DNA of 64,000 nt from Candidatus Latescibacterota bacterium (GTDB taxonomy: Bacteria; Latescibacterota; UBA2968): positions 544,001 to 608,000 of the forward strand of contig OZ242195.1 of assembly GCA_965205975.1 (NCBI GenBank), in the 5' to 3' direction. A program made the position numbers and the translations under genes. Below the pieces are notes generated by a model. The model was not told the DNA's origin. It did not search any database and worked only from the letters and a program-made list of their open reading frames with translations. Below are positions 9,758-18,930 of this stretch, piece after piece (the first letter of the stretch is position 1; every line of letters begins with the position of its first letter).

Positions 9758-11626
9758 ATGAAGAAGCAAACCCCGGAAGCCATCCTGGCTGGATTTGAGA
9801 AACGGGTGGATGCAATGTTTCGCGCAGAATCGGGCACCTCCCTGGTGCGCGCCAAGAAGCAGAAACCTCTCGGCCCGGGGCGCGGTAACTACGTCCGAGC
9901 CTACTCCTATTCCATCATGGCGTTTGCCGCGCGCTGCCTGTATCTAGGGGAGATGCTGGATGAGGCAAATGCTGCACTGGCCGAAAATGCCCAGCACTAC
10001 CTCGATAACCCAAAGGACATCAATGACCGCGACAGCTTCCACTGGCATGCGGAGATCGTGATGCGACTGCTTGAGATGTACGGCACCAACGGGACGGAGC
10101 ATCCTGGCCGCATCACCAAAGAGACCGAGGCCCTCGCGCTCAAACCGGTCTGGCTCTATGCCAAAATGTGCTCGTGGCTAAGCAAGGCGAAGGTCAAGGA
10201 CTCGCAGACCTGGCACATTTACGGGTCCGAGAACCATCATGCCATGGACTTCACAGTGAATTGGCACTTCTCCAAGCTCGCCAGGAATCTGCCCGAATAT
10301 AGGAACCTCAAGTTTGATGACGGCGCCACGGCCGAGGATCACTACCGCGCCTGGAACGAGTACTTCATCGCTTACTGCCGTGAACGGGCCCGCAAGAGCC
10401 TGTGTATCGAAATGATGAGCGATGGATATAACGCCACGCTGATCAGAGGATTCTATAACTTCTACGACTTCGGTGATCCACCAGTACAGCGCTCGGCCGG
10501 GATGTTCCTCGATCTCTACTTTGCTTACTGGGCGCAAGAGCAGATTGGTGGGCATATGGGTGGCGGCGGGTCACGCAGAAAGGGGGAGAAAGCGTTCTAC
10601 CAGAACCGAGATCACGGAAACGCTCCGTTGGCCTGGTTCTACTTCGCCATCGGCAAGCAACCAGCGGTCAATGGTCAGGACGTCAACGCCGCACTCAGCG
10701 CTTACCGCCCCCCGACCGTAGTGGCAGATATCGCGTCCGACGTAAAGGGACGCGGCCGCTACGAAGTGCGACAGCGTACACAGGGTCTCGGGAAACAAGG
10801 CCATTCGTTTCCCATGGTGGCAGTTGCGAGCAAAGCGCCGAATCAATTGCGAACCGACGGTGGTGGCATTCTGCGCTACAGTTTCTGTGACCCTGCCTTC
10901 ATCTTGGGTACCCCAATGACCGAGGCGCGACCGCTGTCCGATTGGGTCGCAATCAGCGCACAGAATCGTTGGCAGGGTGTGATCTTTGCTGGCGAAGACG
11001 ATGCCCGCATCGTTCCTCTTGTGCGTCCCGAGGACAACAGGGTCGTTCTCAATGCTCAGTGGTCCGTCCAAAGCAAGGGTAGCCTGATCACACAGAAGCT
11101 CAAGTACCACAAGGGTGGCGCCGAGATGAATGTCTGGATGTCGGAAAAAGGCTTGAGCGCACCCGTTGAGGAAGATGGTGTGGTATTTGTGGAAGCAGAA
11201 GGCGCATGGGCAGCGATTCGCGTGTCCGATGGTGGCTTCACGTGGAAGGAGGGCTCATACACCGTCAAGGCTGAGGATGGCAGTACACGTAAGACGCCTC
11301 CCGGAAGGATCATGGCGCTTAAGGGCGAATACGCCCCCGTCATTCTCGAGGTTATGGCCAAGAGCGATCTCGATAGCTTCGACACGTTCAAAGCGAAGGT
11401 AAAAGGTTGTGAGATGAGCATGGATGGTGCCATTCTTAGATACACCACGATCTACAGCGACCTGTTGACCTTCGACACCAGCTTTGAGAAAACGCCCAGC
11501 ATTAACAGCAAGCCAGTGAACTACGCCCCGAAGAAGGTCTTTGAAAGCCCTTTTCTCAATGCTGGCTACAATAGTGGTATCGTCACCATTAGTAAGGGTA
11601 AGCGGAAGAAGGTGTTGGAATTCTGA
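9758..11626 (+). CDS. Hypothetical protein, possibly helical toroid plus beta-sandwich (heparinase/lyase-like)
   Basis: Long ORF with AAGGAG RBS; SENHH motif; fold is a guess. Confidence 0.6.
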   Translation: MKKQTPEAILAGFEKRVDAMFRAESGTSLVRAKKQKPLGPGRGNYVRAYSYSIMAFAARCLYLGEMLDEANAALAENAQHYLDNPKDINDRDSFHWHAEIVMRLLEMYGTNGTEHPGRITKETEALALKPVWLYAKMCSWLSKAKVKDSQTWHIYGSENHHAMDFTVNWHFSKLARNLPEYRNLKFDDGATAEDHYRAWNEYFIAYCRERARKSLCIEMMSDGYNATLIRGFYNFYDFGDPPVQRSAGMFLDLYFAYWAQEQIGGHMGGGGSRRKGEKAFYQNRDHGNAPLAWFYFAIGKQPAVNGQDVNAALSAYRPPTVVADIASDVKGRGRYEVRQRTQGLGKQGHSFPMVAVASKAPNQLRTDGGGILRYSFCDPAFILGTPMTEARPLSDWVAISAQNRWQGVIFAGEDDARIVPLVRPEDNRVVLNAQWSVQSKGSLITQKLKYHKGGAEMNVWMSEKGLSAPVEEDGVVFVEAEGAWAAIRVSDGGFTWKEGSYTVKAEDGSTRKTPPGRIMALKGEYAPVILEVMAKSDLDSFDTFKAKVKGCEMSMDGAILRYTTIYSDLLTFDTSFEKTPSINSKPVNYAPKKVFESPFLNAGYNSGIVTISKGKRKKVLEF

Positions 11627-11642
11627 TTGCTGGGAGTGATAT

Positions 11643-11836
11643 ATGGGCGTAATGACAGATGAACAGAAGAAGCACTTTCGCGAAGCAGGATATCTGCTGG
11701 CGTCGGGTTTGATTCCCGAGCAGGTGGTTCGCAAGGCTGAAGACGCGATGTGGGCGGCGTTGGAAATGGACCGTGACGGCTCCGAAACCTGGGGGCGTGT
11801 GTCCGTGCATGCGATCAATCAACAGCATCGTGCATC
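11643..11836 (+). pseudogene. Truncated PhyH-family gene (N-terminus only)
   Basis: GYLLASGLIPE...AEDAMWAALEMDRD..TW matches the N-terminus of the 21108 paralog; similarity ends shortly before the 52-bp repeat. Confidence 0.8.
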
Positions 11837-11888
11837 GCCTGGAAATCTGTTAAGAATTCAGATTTTTCAACTTGAGCCGGAGTAACAA
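11837..11888 (+). repeat. 52-bp direct repeat, copy 1 (copy 2 at 18792-18843)
   Basis: GCCTGG(A/G)AATCTGTTAAGAATTCAGATTTTTCAACTTGAGCCGGAGTAACAA, 1 mismatch. Confidence 0.92.
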
Positions 11889-11939
11889 ATGGAGATCAGA
11901 TAGGACTCGAACTTTCCACAAATAATCTGTTCAAATTAG

Positions 11940-11974
11940 AAAATGCCGCGAGAAGAAATCTCACGGCATTTTTT
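11940..11974. terminator. Bidirectional terminator-like hairpin, copy 2
   Basis: AAAATGCCGCGAGA-agaaa-TCTCACGGCATTTTTT; homologous to the 9690 hairpin. Confidence 0.72.
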
Positions 11975-12163
11975 CGATTGTTTTTTATAATTGTTTTTCT
12001 TGCTATTTGCCAAAAAATAACTATAACTCTCATTTAATAATCATTTTTCCGGGATGTGCTATGGCTAAACACCACCAAAATCTAAAATTCTGACCACTCT
12101 GTTGTAGGGGATTGTCAACACAAATTGAGGGAGATCGTATTGAGACAAAATATTCTCCTTTAG

Positions 12164-12378
12164 TTACGATAGGCGTGAATGGAATATAATAGGCGTCTCT
12201 TCTTCTGGGCGGATACATTCTCCTATAAAGAATGCTCCTTCTATATACTTCCGTCTAAGGGCCGCAAAATAAGCATCCCGATTTGATTCATAATAAATCA
12301 TTGACTTTTATGGATCAATACAAACTTGCCATGATGATCGCTAATGGTAGCTCCTCCTGTTGGTGAGAAAATACCACG
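12164..12378 (-). pseudogene. Frameshifted small gene, DUF5678-like
   Basis: Pieces in different frames: WYFLTN / DHHGKFVLIHKSQ / YESNRDAYFAALRRKYIEGAFFIGECIRPEEETPIIFHSRLS*. Confidence 0.4.
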
Positions 12379-12606
12379 CTGATACCCAATGTCACAGCCT
12401 TTATACCGGTTCAACTAATAGGGCGCACCTCATATGCCTGCCACCTCGATAACAACCTCATTGTCCTCAGCGCACGTATCCGGATCCGCCTGGTAGATGT
12501 AGGCACAGAAAAACGAAAAGTTTTGACTTCCAAATAGATAGCGAAAGCGGTATAATATTGTATCGAGCAGGGCGACCGTGCTGACATCACAATCTGGAGA
12601 TGAGAG

Positions 12607-14160
12607 ATGGGCATATCAGACAGACGCAAGTTGCCTATCGGCATTCAGACCTTTCGCGAGATACGAGAGGAGAACTACTACTATGTCGATAAAACGGCCC
12701 TCATTCAGCGACTGATGGACGAGGGTAAGCACTACTTTCTATCGCGTCCACGTCGGTTCGGCAAAAGCCTATTTCTGGACACACTGAAGGAACTGTTTGA
12801 GGGCAATGAACCACTGTTCGAAGGGCTGTACATTCACGACCACTGGGACTGGTCTGTTCGCTATCCCGTTCTGCGACTCGACTTTGGCAGCGGCAATTTC
12901 AAAGAGCCGGGTTACGTGCAGGCAAATGTGATGACGCAACTTCACACCATAGCAGAAGATGCCGGTATTGCGCCGCATTACGATACGGCACCGGAGTGCT
13001 TTGGCGATCTAATCCGGGTCTTGCACCGGCAGGTTGGGCAACGCGTTGTCGTTCTGGTTGATGAATACGACAAGCCGATTCTGGACGCACTTGAGGTGCC
13101 AGAGGTCGCTCGCGCCAATCGCGACTTTTTACACGGTCTATATTCAACAATCAAGTCTAATGACGCCCACGTCAAGTTCACCTTTCTCACAGGCGTTAGC
13201 AAGTTCTCCAAGGTTAGCTTGTTCTCTGGTCTCAACAATCTCAAGGACATCACGCTGGATGCACGCTACTCAGCCATCTGTGGCTACACGGATGCAGATC
13301 TGGACGCGATATTCGCACCAGAGCTACCCGGTCTGGATCGGGATGAGATACGCCGCTGGTACAACGGCTATAGCTGGCTGGGAGAGGAGGTTTATAACCC
13401 ATTCAACATCCTCCTGCTCTTCGATAAGCGCCAGTTTGGTGCCTACTGGTTCGAGACCGGCACCCCGACGTTCTTGGTCGAGACCCTGATCTCGCGCGGA
13501 GTCGGTACGCTGGCTCTGGACGACATGCTGGGCAGCGACGAACTGTTGTCTGCCTTCGATGTTGACCATATTGCCACCGAAGCACTGCTGTTCCAGACCG
13601 GCTATCTCACGATTATCCAAACCGAACCGCGAGGCAGCAGGACCTACTACCGTCTGAGCTACCCTAACCAGGAAGTGCGCCAGAGCCTGAACGAAAACTT
13701 ACTAAACCACTTGACCGGGCGCCCGACGCAGCAAGCAGAGCATAGCGCCCGTTTGTACGACCTGCTACTGGTCAATGACTTCGCTGGCCTGGAAAGCCTG
13801 TTCAAGGCATTCTTCGCCAGCATTCCCTATCAGTGGCACACAAACAATGACATAGCGAACTACGAAGGCTATTACGCCAGCGTGTTCTACTCCTACTTCG
13901 CATCGGTGGGATTCGACATCGTTGTAGAAGACAGTGGCAGCGATGGGCGTCTGGACATGGCGGTTCGTTTCAACGACACTGTGTATCTGTTCGAGTTCAA
14001 AGTGGTGGAATTGGCACCGGAAGGGTCTGCAATGGCGCAATTGCAGGCAAAGGGCTATGCGGACAAATACCGCGACCTGGATCAGCCGATTTTTATGATT
14101 GGGGTAGAGTTCAGCCGCGAGAGCCGCAATCTGATAGCATTCGAGACAGCTCTTGCTTAA
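12607..14160 (+). CDS. AAA-ATPase-like protein with C-terminal PD-(D/E)XK nuclease domain
   Basis: LPIGIQTF, YYVDKT, RPRRFGKS, VDEYDKP, GRLDM..FEFK. Confidence 0.92.
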   Translation: MGISDRRKLPIGIQTFREIREENYYYVDKTALIQRLMDEGKHYFLSRPRRFGKSLFLDTLKELFEGNEPLFEGLYIHDHWDWSVRYPVLRLDFGSGNFKEPGYVQANVMTQLHTIAEDAGIAPHYDTAPECFGDLIRVLHRQVGQRVVVLVDEYDKPILDALEVPEVARANRDFLHGLYSTIKSNDAHVKFTFLTGVSKFSKVSLFSGLNNLKDITLDARYSAICGYTDADLDAIFAPELPGLDRDEIRRWYNGYSWLGEEVYNPFNILLLFDKRQFGAYWFETGTPTFLVETLISRGVGTLALDDMLGSDELLSAFDVDHIATEALLFQTGYLTIIQTEPRGSRTYYRLSYPNQEVRQSLNENLLNHLTGRPTQQAEHSARLYDLLLVNDFAGLESLFKAFFASIPYQWHTNNDIANYEGYYASVFYSYFASVGFDIVVEDSGSDGRLDMAVRFNDTVYLFEFKVVELAPEGSAMAQLQAKGYADKYRDLDQPIFMIGVEFSRESRNLIAFETALA

Positions 14161-14246
14161 AGAGTACAAACCGATGAAAAGTCTCACCTTCCCAATCAGA
14201 TGCATCTCGCCTCGAGTACAATACAAAGCCCGATTCAAATACAAGG

Positions 14247-15233
14247 ATGACGGATATGAAATTTTGGTGGTTGACAGTCGGAGGCATCTTTCTGGCCCTT
14301 TGTAGGGACTCGGGGTTGGAAGCGGCGGAAAACCGTGTGGTGGAGATTATATACGACTTCAGAAAGGAACAGACAGGCTGTTATCCCCAGATTATGATCA
14401 ACACCAAACTTGAGAACTACAAATGCGTCAAGAGCAACTCTGACAATAATAACGCGAGCAGGGGACTGAAGAAACATCCATTTGAGATTAAGCCAACTGA
14501 CAACGTGATATTAATCATGAAATGGCAATGCGACTCTACGGGACGATGTGACACTAAGGCTGCGGATATTCAGTACGCCGTAATGGGCAAGTCCAAGAAC
14601 ATCAACATACTGAAGATAATCCTGGAAAATCTGACAAAATTAACTACGTCCAAATCCCAAAAAGCAGAACTGAGTCCGAGGCAGCCTACTGTATCCAAAG
14701 TTAATAGCAAAACCTGTTTACTGTTGTTGCCGGTGAAAGACAACCTGGTGGCGGGCGGCTACCTTATAGTGACTTTTAATAAAAAAGAGAGCTCGAATGG
14801 TAGAGTCATGGCCTCGTCAGGGCCGTGGTCATTTCAAATTGGAATTCCTCCATCTCGATACACCGTGTCGCACGGTTTCGTGATCACAAACGCCGCGAAA
14901 CCGAACCAACAGGCGTCCACGTTTAGGGATGACCATCCAGAATGGCGACTTGTTCCGTCGCCATTTACCTTCGTGAATCTCCAGCCGTGGTCCGGTTGGC
15001 TATATAAGCAATGGCGCATACCAAGGCCATATGTGTCCGTAGGATTCCAGTTGGGGAGTCAACCGTTTGATGACCTCGTTGTGGGCGTGACATTGGGGCC
15101 CGAGGTAGGTAGTGTAGGCTTAAACTGCACTTTGGGTGGGGTCATCAGCCTTGAGACGGAGAAAGACTCTGATAGTGAGTTTGATATATCACATAATTGG
15201 GGATTGGCAGTCGGGGTGTCGCTGGTTTTCTAA
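14247..15233 (+). CDS. Hypothetical exported protein
   Basis: Signal-peptide-like N-terminus; beta-rich C-terminus ending in Phe; no recognised family. Confidence 0.6.
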   Translation: MTDMKFWWLTVGGIFLALCRDSGLEAAENRVVEIIYDFRKEQTGCYPQIMINTKLENYKCVKSNSDNNNASRGLKKHPFEIKPTDNVILIMKWQCDSTGRCDTKAADIQYAVMGKSKNINILKIILENLTKLTTSKSQKAELSPRQPTVSKVNSKTCLLLLPVKDNLVAGGYLIVTFNKKESSNGRVMASSGPWSFQIGIPPSRYTVSHGFVITNAAKPNQQASTFRDDHPEWRLVPSPFTFVNLQPWSGWLYKQWRIPRPYVSVGFQLGSQPFDDLVVGVTLGPEVGSVGLNCTLGGVISLETEKDSDSEFDISHNWGLAVGVSLVF

Positions 15234-15276
15234 CGGGATAACTCCAATATCTGCAATCCACTTCTTAGGAGGCAAT

Positions 15277-16836
15277 ATGTCCGAGACCGAACTTATGCAG
15301 CAAGAAATTGATCGTCTGCGTACACAGGTCAAAGCGCTCAAGTCGCGTGACCAGCTTTCTCAGAATTACTACTATTCGGATGCGGCACAAAAAAATTGGT
15401 TGGATGTCACACATATTCCGCAACACGGCATTACTCCAGAAGCAGCGCAGATCATTATTGAGAGTGTCAATGGACTCGATTTCGACTATCGGTTTAACAC
15501 ATCATCTTATGTCAATGTCTTTTTAGAAAAAGAAGAACGAGATATCGCCTTGCTCGGTCTCCATGTCAATATGGCAGACCAGACAGTCTATCCCAATTCG
15601 TACAAATTGCACGATACTGTTGTCAATATGATTGCCAACTTGTGGCATTGCCCAAAACCGGACGATTTTGATGACTATGGCGTGTATGCAGGCGCTGGTA
15701 CCGTTGGTTCAACTGAAGCGTGTTTGTTGGCAGGACTCGCCCTCAAATTCCGCTGGCGAGCCTGGTATGCGAAGCGCAAAAACTTAACGGACAACGATGT
15801 GCTGGGCACCAGACCCAACCTTGTTATTTCCACTTGCTTTCAAGCTGCCTGGGAAAAACTGTTCAAGTATATGGATATTGAGCCACGCCTCATTCAGCCA
15901 TCCGTAGATACCTTTACCCTGGATCCAGAAAAAGTGCGCGAAGCGATTGACGAGCATACGATGGGTGTGGTGTGTATTATGGGGAATCACTACAGTGGTC
16001 ACTACGATCCCATCGAACAAGTCAATGAGGTGGTCGAAGAAGTCAACGCAGTTAGGGGATATCAGGTCGGCATCCACGTAGATGCTGCATCTGGTGGGTT
16101 TATTGCGCCATTTCAGCCAAACCTGCGTCCGTGGGATTTTCGCCTGAATAATGTGTTGTCCATATCTACCAGCGGTCACAAATACGGAGAATCGTGTTGC
16201 GGCACGGGTTGGATCGTGTGGCGGCAACGCAAAGACCTGAGCGAGCATGTCGCAATTTCAGTGACCTATCTCGGTGGCAATGCGGATTCCTATACCCTCA
16301 ATTTCTCCAGACCCGCCAGTGGGGTTTACGTCCAGTATTACCAACTGATTAGGCAAGGTTTGAGTGGATACCAACAATGTTGCGACAACCTGATGCAAAA
16401 TGCAAAATTCTTGCGCGATGGTCTCAAAGCCATGACATACCGCGGGAAGCCGAGGTTCACGATTCTCGACAATGGGGATACAGAATGTTTACCTGTTATC
16501 ACAGCCAGACTGAATCCAGACTGCGATATCAGCTACGACGATATTGACTTACAGCATGTTTTGTCTCAATACCGTTGGTATGTAAGTGGCTATAGAATGC
16601 AATACGAGCATCCCTTGAGCGGAGAGACTTTGCCCTTATTTTACGATCAAGCGGGACAGACATCCATGTTCCGCATCGTGGTAAAAAGCAATTTGACGCG
16701 CAATGTGGCTAAAAAACTCTTAGAGTCATTCATGGGCGCGTTTGAATTTATTGATCCACTTGATTTTACCAAGCTGCATGGATTTAAGACCGAAAGTTTG
16801 CGTCATCAGGATCAGCGCATTACAAACCACTGTTGA
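15277..16836 (+). CDS. gadB: Glutamate decarboxylase (PLP-dependent group II)
   Basis: TVGSTEA, IHVDAASGGF, STSGHKYG, TLNFSRP; RBS AGGAGG before ATG 15277. Confidence 0.85.
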   Translation: MSETELMQQEIDRLRTQVKALKSRDQLSQNYYYSDAAQKNWLDVTHIPQHGITPEAAQIIIESVNGLDFDYRFNTSSYVNVFLEKEERDIALLGLHVNMADQTVYPNSYKLHDTVVNMIANLWHCPKPDDFDDYGVYAGAGTVGSTEACLLAGLALKFRWRAWYAKRKNLTDNDVLGTRPNLVISTCFQAAWEKLFKYMDIEPRLIQPSVDTFTLDPEKVREAIDEHTMGVVCIMGNHYSGHYDPIEQVNEVVEEVNAVRGYQVGIHVDAASGGFIAPFQPNLRPWDFRLNNVLSISTSGHKYGESCCGTGWIVWRQRKDLSEHVAISVTYLGGNADSYTLNFSRPASGVYVQYYQLIRQGLSGYQQCCDNLMQNAKFLRDGLKAMTYRGKPRFTILDNGDTECLPVITARLNPDCDISYDDIDLQHVLSQYRWYVSGYRMQYEHPLSGETLPLFYDQAGQTSMFRIVVKSNLTRNVAKKLLESFMGAFEFIDPLDFTKLHGFKTESLRHQDQRITNHC

Positions 16837-16882
16837 ACGGCAAACCTTGAAGTTGATACACGGCTAAAAGAGGAGACGCGCT

Positions 16883-17152
16883 ATGAAAAATAAGAATCCA
16901 ACCTGGCAGGATCGCATTGTCACTGACCCGTTGATACTGGCCGGGAAACCAACAATAAAAGGCACTCGGATTTCAGTGGAACTGATCATGGAATTGCTGG
17001 ACGGGGGGCGCAGCGAAGCCGATATCATTCGCAGGTATTCGCACATTACCCTGAAAGATATCCAGGCCTGTCGGGAGTACGCCGCCACTGGTGCAAAGCT
17101 GTCCAATGTGACCTGGGCGGATATTGACACGATTATGGATGGCAAACGATAG
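16883..17152 (+). CDS. DUF433 antitoxin-like protein
   Basis: DPLILAGKPTIKGTRISV..I. Confidence 0.9.
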   Translation: MKNKNPTWQDRIVTDPLILAGKPTIKGTRISVELIMELLDGGRSEADIIRRYSHITLKDIQACREYAATGAKLSNVTWADIDTIMDGKR

Positions 17153-17250
17153 ATGAGAATACTGGCTGATGAAAATATATTGGATCAGGTTGTCATCCGG
17201 CTACGTGCTGCAGGCCCTGATGTGCGATAGGCAATGGAAACTGACCAGGG
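17153..17250 (+). pseudogene. DUF5615 PIN-like toxin remnant
   Basis: MRILADENILDQVVIRLRAAGPDVR*AMETDQG: internal TAG, then truncation. Confidence 0.8.
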
Positions 17251-17282
17251 TAACTCCACACATACTAAAGTATCAAAAATAA

Positions 17283-17311
17283 TTGACACTATTTTTACAT
17301 TCCTATATATT
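17283..17311 (+). promoter_or_regulatory. Sigma-70 promoter for the structured leader and NYN gene
   Basis: TTGACA-N17-TATATT. Confidence 0.75.
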
Positions 17312-17317
17312 TTGAGC

Positions 17318-17458
17318 ATTGCCCCTTCAGACATTCAGTGCTGAAGCCCCCGGACTTGTTAGTGGGTCCGGGTTGAATTTGTAAATAATTAACCACCCCT
17401 GTTGCTTCGGGAGCAGGGCGCGAAGCCGTATAGAGTTCTATACGGCTTCTGCATTTTT
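17318..17458 (+). ncRNA. Candidate structured RNA (four hairpins, the last terminator-like) upstream of the NYN RNase
   Basis: Stems at 17325-17346, 17349-17372, 17397-17418 (C-UUCG-G loop) and 17422-17449 (12 bp perfect), then a T tract. Confidence 0.55.
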
Positions 17459-17467
17459 GGAGTTTTA

Positions 17468-18130
17468 ATGCAAACGAATGTCTATATTGACGGTCTTAAT
17501 CTATATTACAGAGCCGTGCGAGGAACGCAGTATAAATGGCTGGATATAGATGCATTAGTTAAAAAAATGTGTCCCCAAAATACCATTTGCAAAATCAAGT
17601 ATTTCACTTCGATTGTGAGTTCGCGTCCCAATGATCCCGGACAATCAACGCGCCAACAAATCTATCTACGGGCTTTACGTACTTTTTCGAACATTGAGAT
17701 TATTGAAGGTCACTTTTTGACCAGCAAAGTCAGAATGCCACTGGTGACGCCTTCCTCCAAAGGACCAAATACTGCGGAAGTTTGGAGAACGGAAGAAAAA
17801 GGATCAGATGTCAACCTTGCTGTTCACCTATTAAACGATGCTCATAACAAGGATTATGAGGTTGCTATTGTGGTATCAAACGACTCTGACTTAGGGGAGG
17901 CTATCCGCATTGTGACTCAAGATATAAACTTGAAAGTAGGTGTTGTATTCCCTGCGGGTGCGATTGATCCGCGTACTGGCACTCGATATAAACTCCGAAA
18001 ATCACAAACACTTCTAAAATATGCCTCGTTTATACGTCAAATTAGACCTGGTGTTCTCTCACTTAGTCAACTGCCTAATACATTGACTGATGCGAATGGC
18101 ACTTTTCACAGACCACCAGAATGGCAATAA
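17468..18130 (+). CDS. NYN domain (LabA/DUF88, PIN-fold) ribonuclease
   Basis: VYIDGLNLYY, EEKGSDVNLA, VVSNDSDL acidic motifs intact; GGAG RBS. Confidence 0.9.
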   Translation: MQTNVYIDGLNLYYRAVRGTQYKWLDIDALVKKMCPQNTICKIKYFTSIVSSRPNDPGQSTRQQIYLRALRTFSNIEIIEGHFLTSKVRMPLVTPSSKGPNTAEVWRTEEKGSDVNLAVHLLNDAHNKDYEVAIVVSNDSDLGEAIRIVTQDINLKVGVVFPAGAIDPRTGTRYKLRKSQTLLKYASFIRQIRPGVLSLSQLPNTLTDANGTFHRPPEWQ

Positions 18131-18265
18131 AGAAGGATTCCAAGCCCCAGCAGGGCGGCGAAAATCGCCAGGAAACTTGACGAACCAGAAAGCTTCTGGG
18201 TTCAGCTTGCTTTACAGGATATGCTTCGAAAAGAAGATTTGAACCTGGTGGTTTCCATCGTGTGA
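18131..18265 (+). pseudogene. C-terminal remnant of an XRE/HigA-like HTH antitoxin
   Basis: RRIPSPSRAAKIARKLDEPESFWVQLALQDMLRKEDLNLVVSIV*; no start codon; begins right after the NYN stop. Confidence 0.65.
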
Positions 18266-18338
18266 AGATACACTGAAGCCTCCGAGTGTATCTATCTTTA
18301 CTGAATTCGGAATACGAGATGGTAAATCGGAACATCAT

Positions 18339-18830
18339 ATGACATTTAAGGATCTGATCAATCGCCATACGTGGCCAGGTGTAAAATATCGATTTTTGGA
18401 AACCTATCCCGATGAAGCAGATTGCATAGACGCATATGCAGATGTGTATGAACGCCTGATCTTGCTGACCCCTGTAGAAACTTCTATGCGACTGAGTGTC
18501 ACTGAAAAGGTCGGTGACGACGGTCGTATCTGGGGAGATGTATCTGGTCTTGACGGCACACGCTGGAAAGATCAGGATGAAAACAGCAGAATGCCAGGAT
18601 TGGCAGGAGAAGACGAGGTTCCCTGGGCTATTGAATTTTGCCCCTGGGAGGAGTGGCTTGGAATGGAGATTGATCCTGAAACATTGCAGCAGTTAGACGA
18701 GGTGGATATTCTGATCCACTGTCTTTGGGAAATGACGTTTTGTGGTTTTGAGCAGGAGACCATTCAACAGGAATACAGGCAAATTCTCGATGCCTGGGAA
18801 TCTGTTAAGAATTCAGATTTTTCAACTTGA
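18339..18830 (+). CDS. Conserved hypothetical protein (DUF6557-like)
   Basis: WAIEFCPWEEWLGM, HCLWEMTFCGF. Confidence 0.7.
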   Translation: MTFKDLINRHTWPGVKYRFLETYPDEADCIDAYADVYERLILLTPVETSMRLSVTEKVGDDGRIWGDVSGLDGTRWKDQDENSRMPGLAGEDEVPWAIEFCPWEEWLGMEIDPETLQQLDEVDILIHCLWEMTFCGFEQETIQQEYRQILDAWESVKNSDFST

Positions 18831-18843
18831 GCCGGAGTAACAA
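18792..18843 (+). repeat. 52-bp direct repeat, copy 2
   Basis: Matches 11837-11888; spans the stop codon of the 18339 gene. Confidence 0.92.
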
Positions 18844-18930
18844 CACGAAAACGCGCAAGCCACTTTGATCATCTGACAGATGAAGAAATCGATGCTATGG
18901 AACAGGCTGTGCAATTCCCTGAGAGGTCTG

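Noticed and set aside
18141..18160. Short matches (AAGCCCC, AGCAGGGCG) to the NYN leader just downstream of the gene
   Set aside because: They lie within the coding remnant of an HTH antitoxin and are too short to exceed chance.
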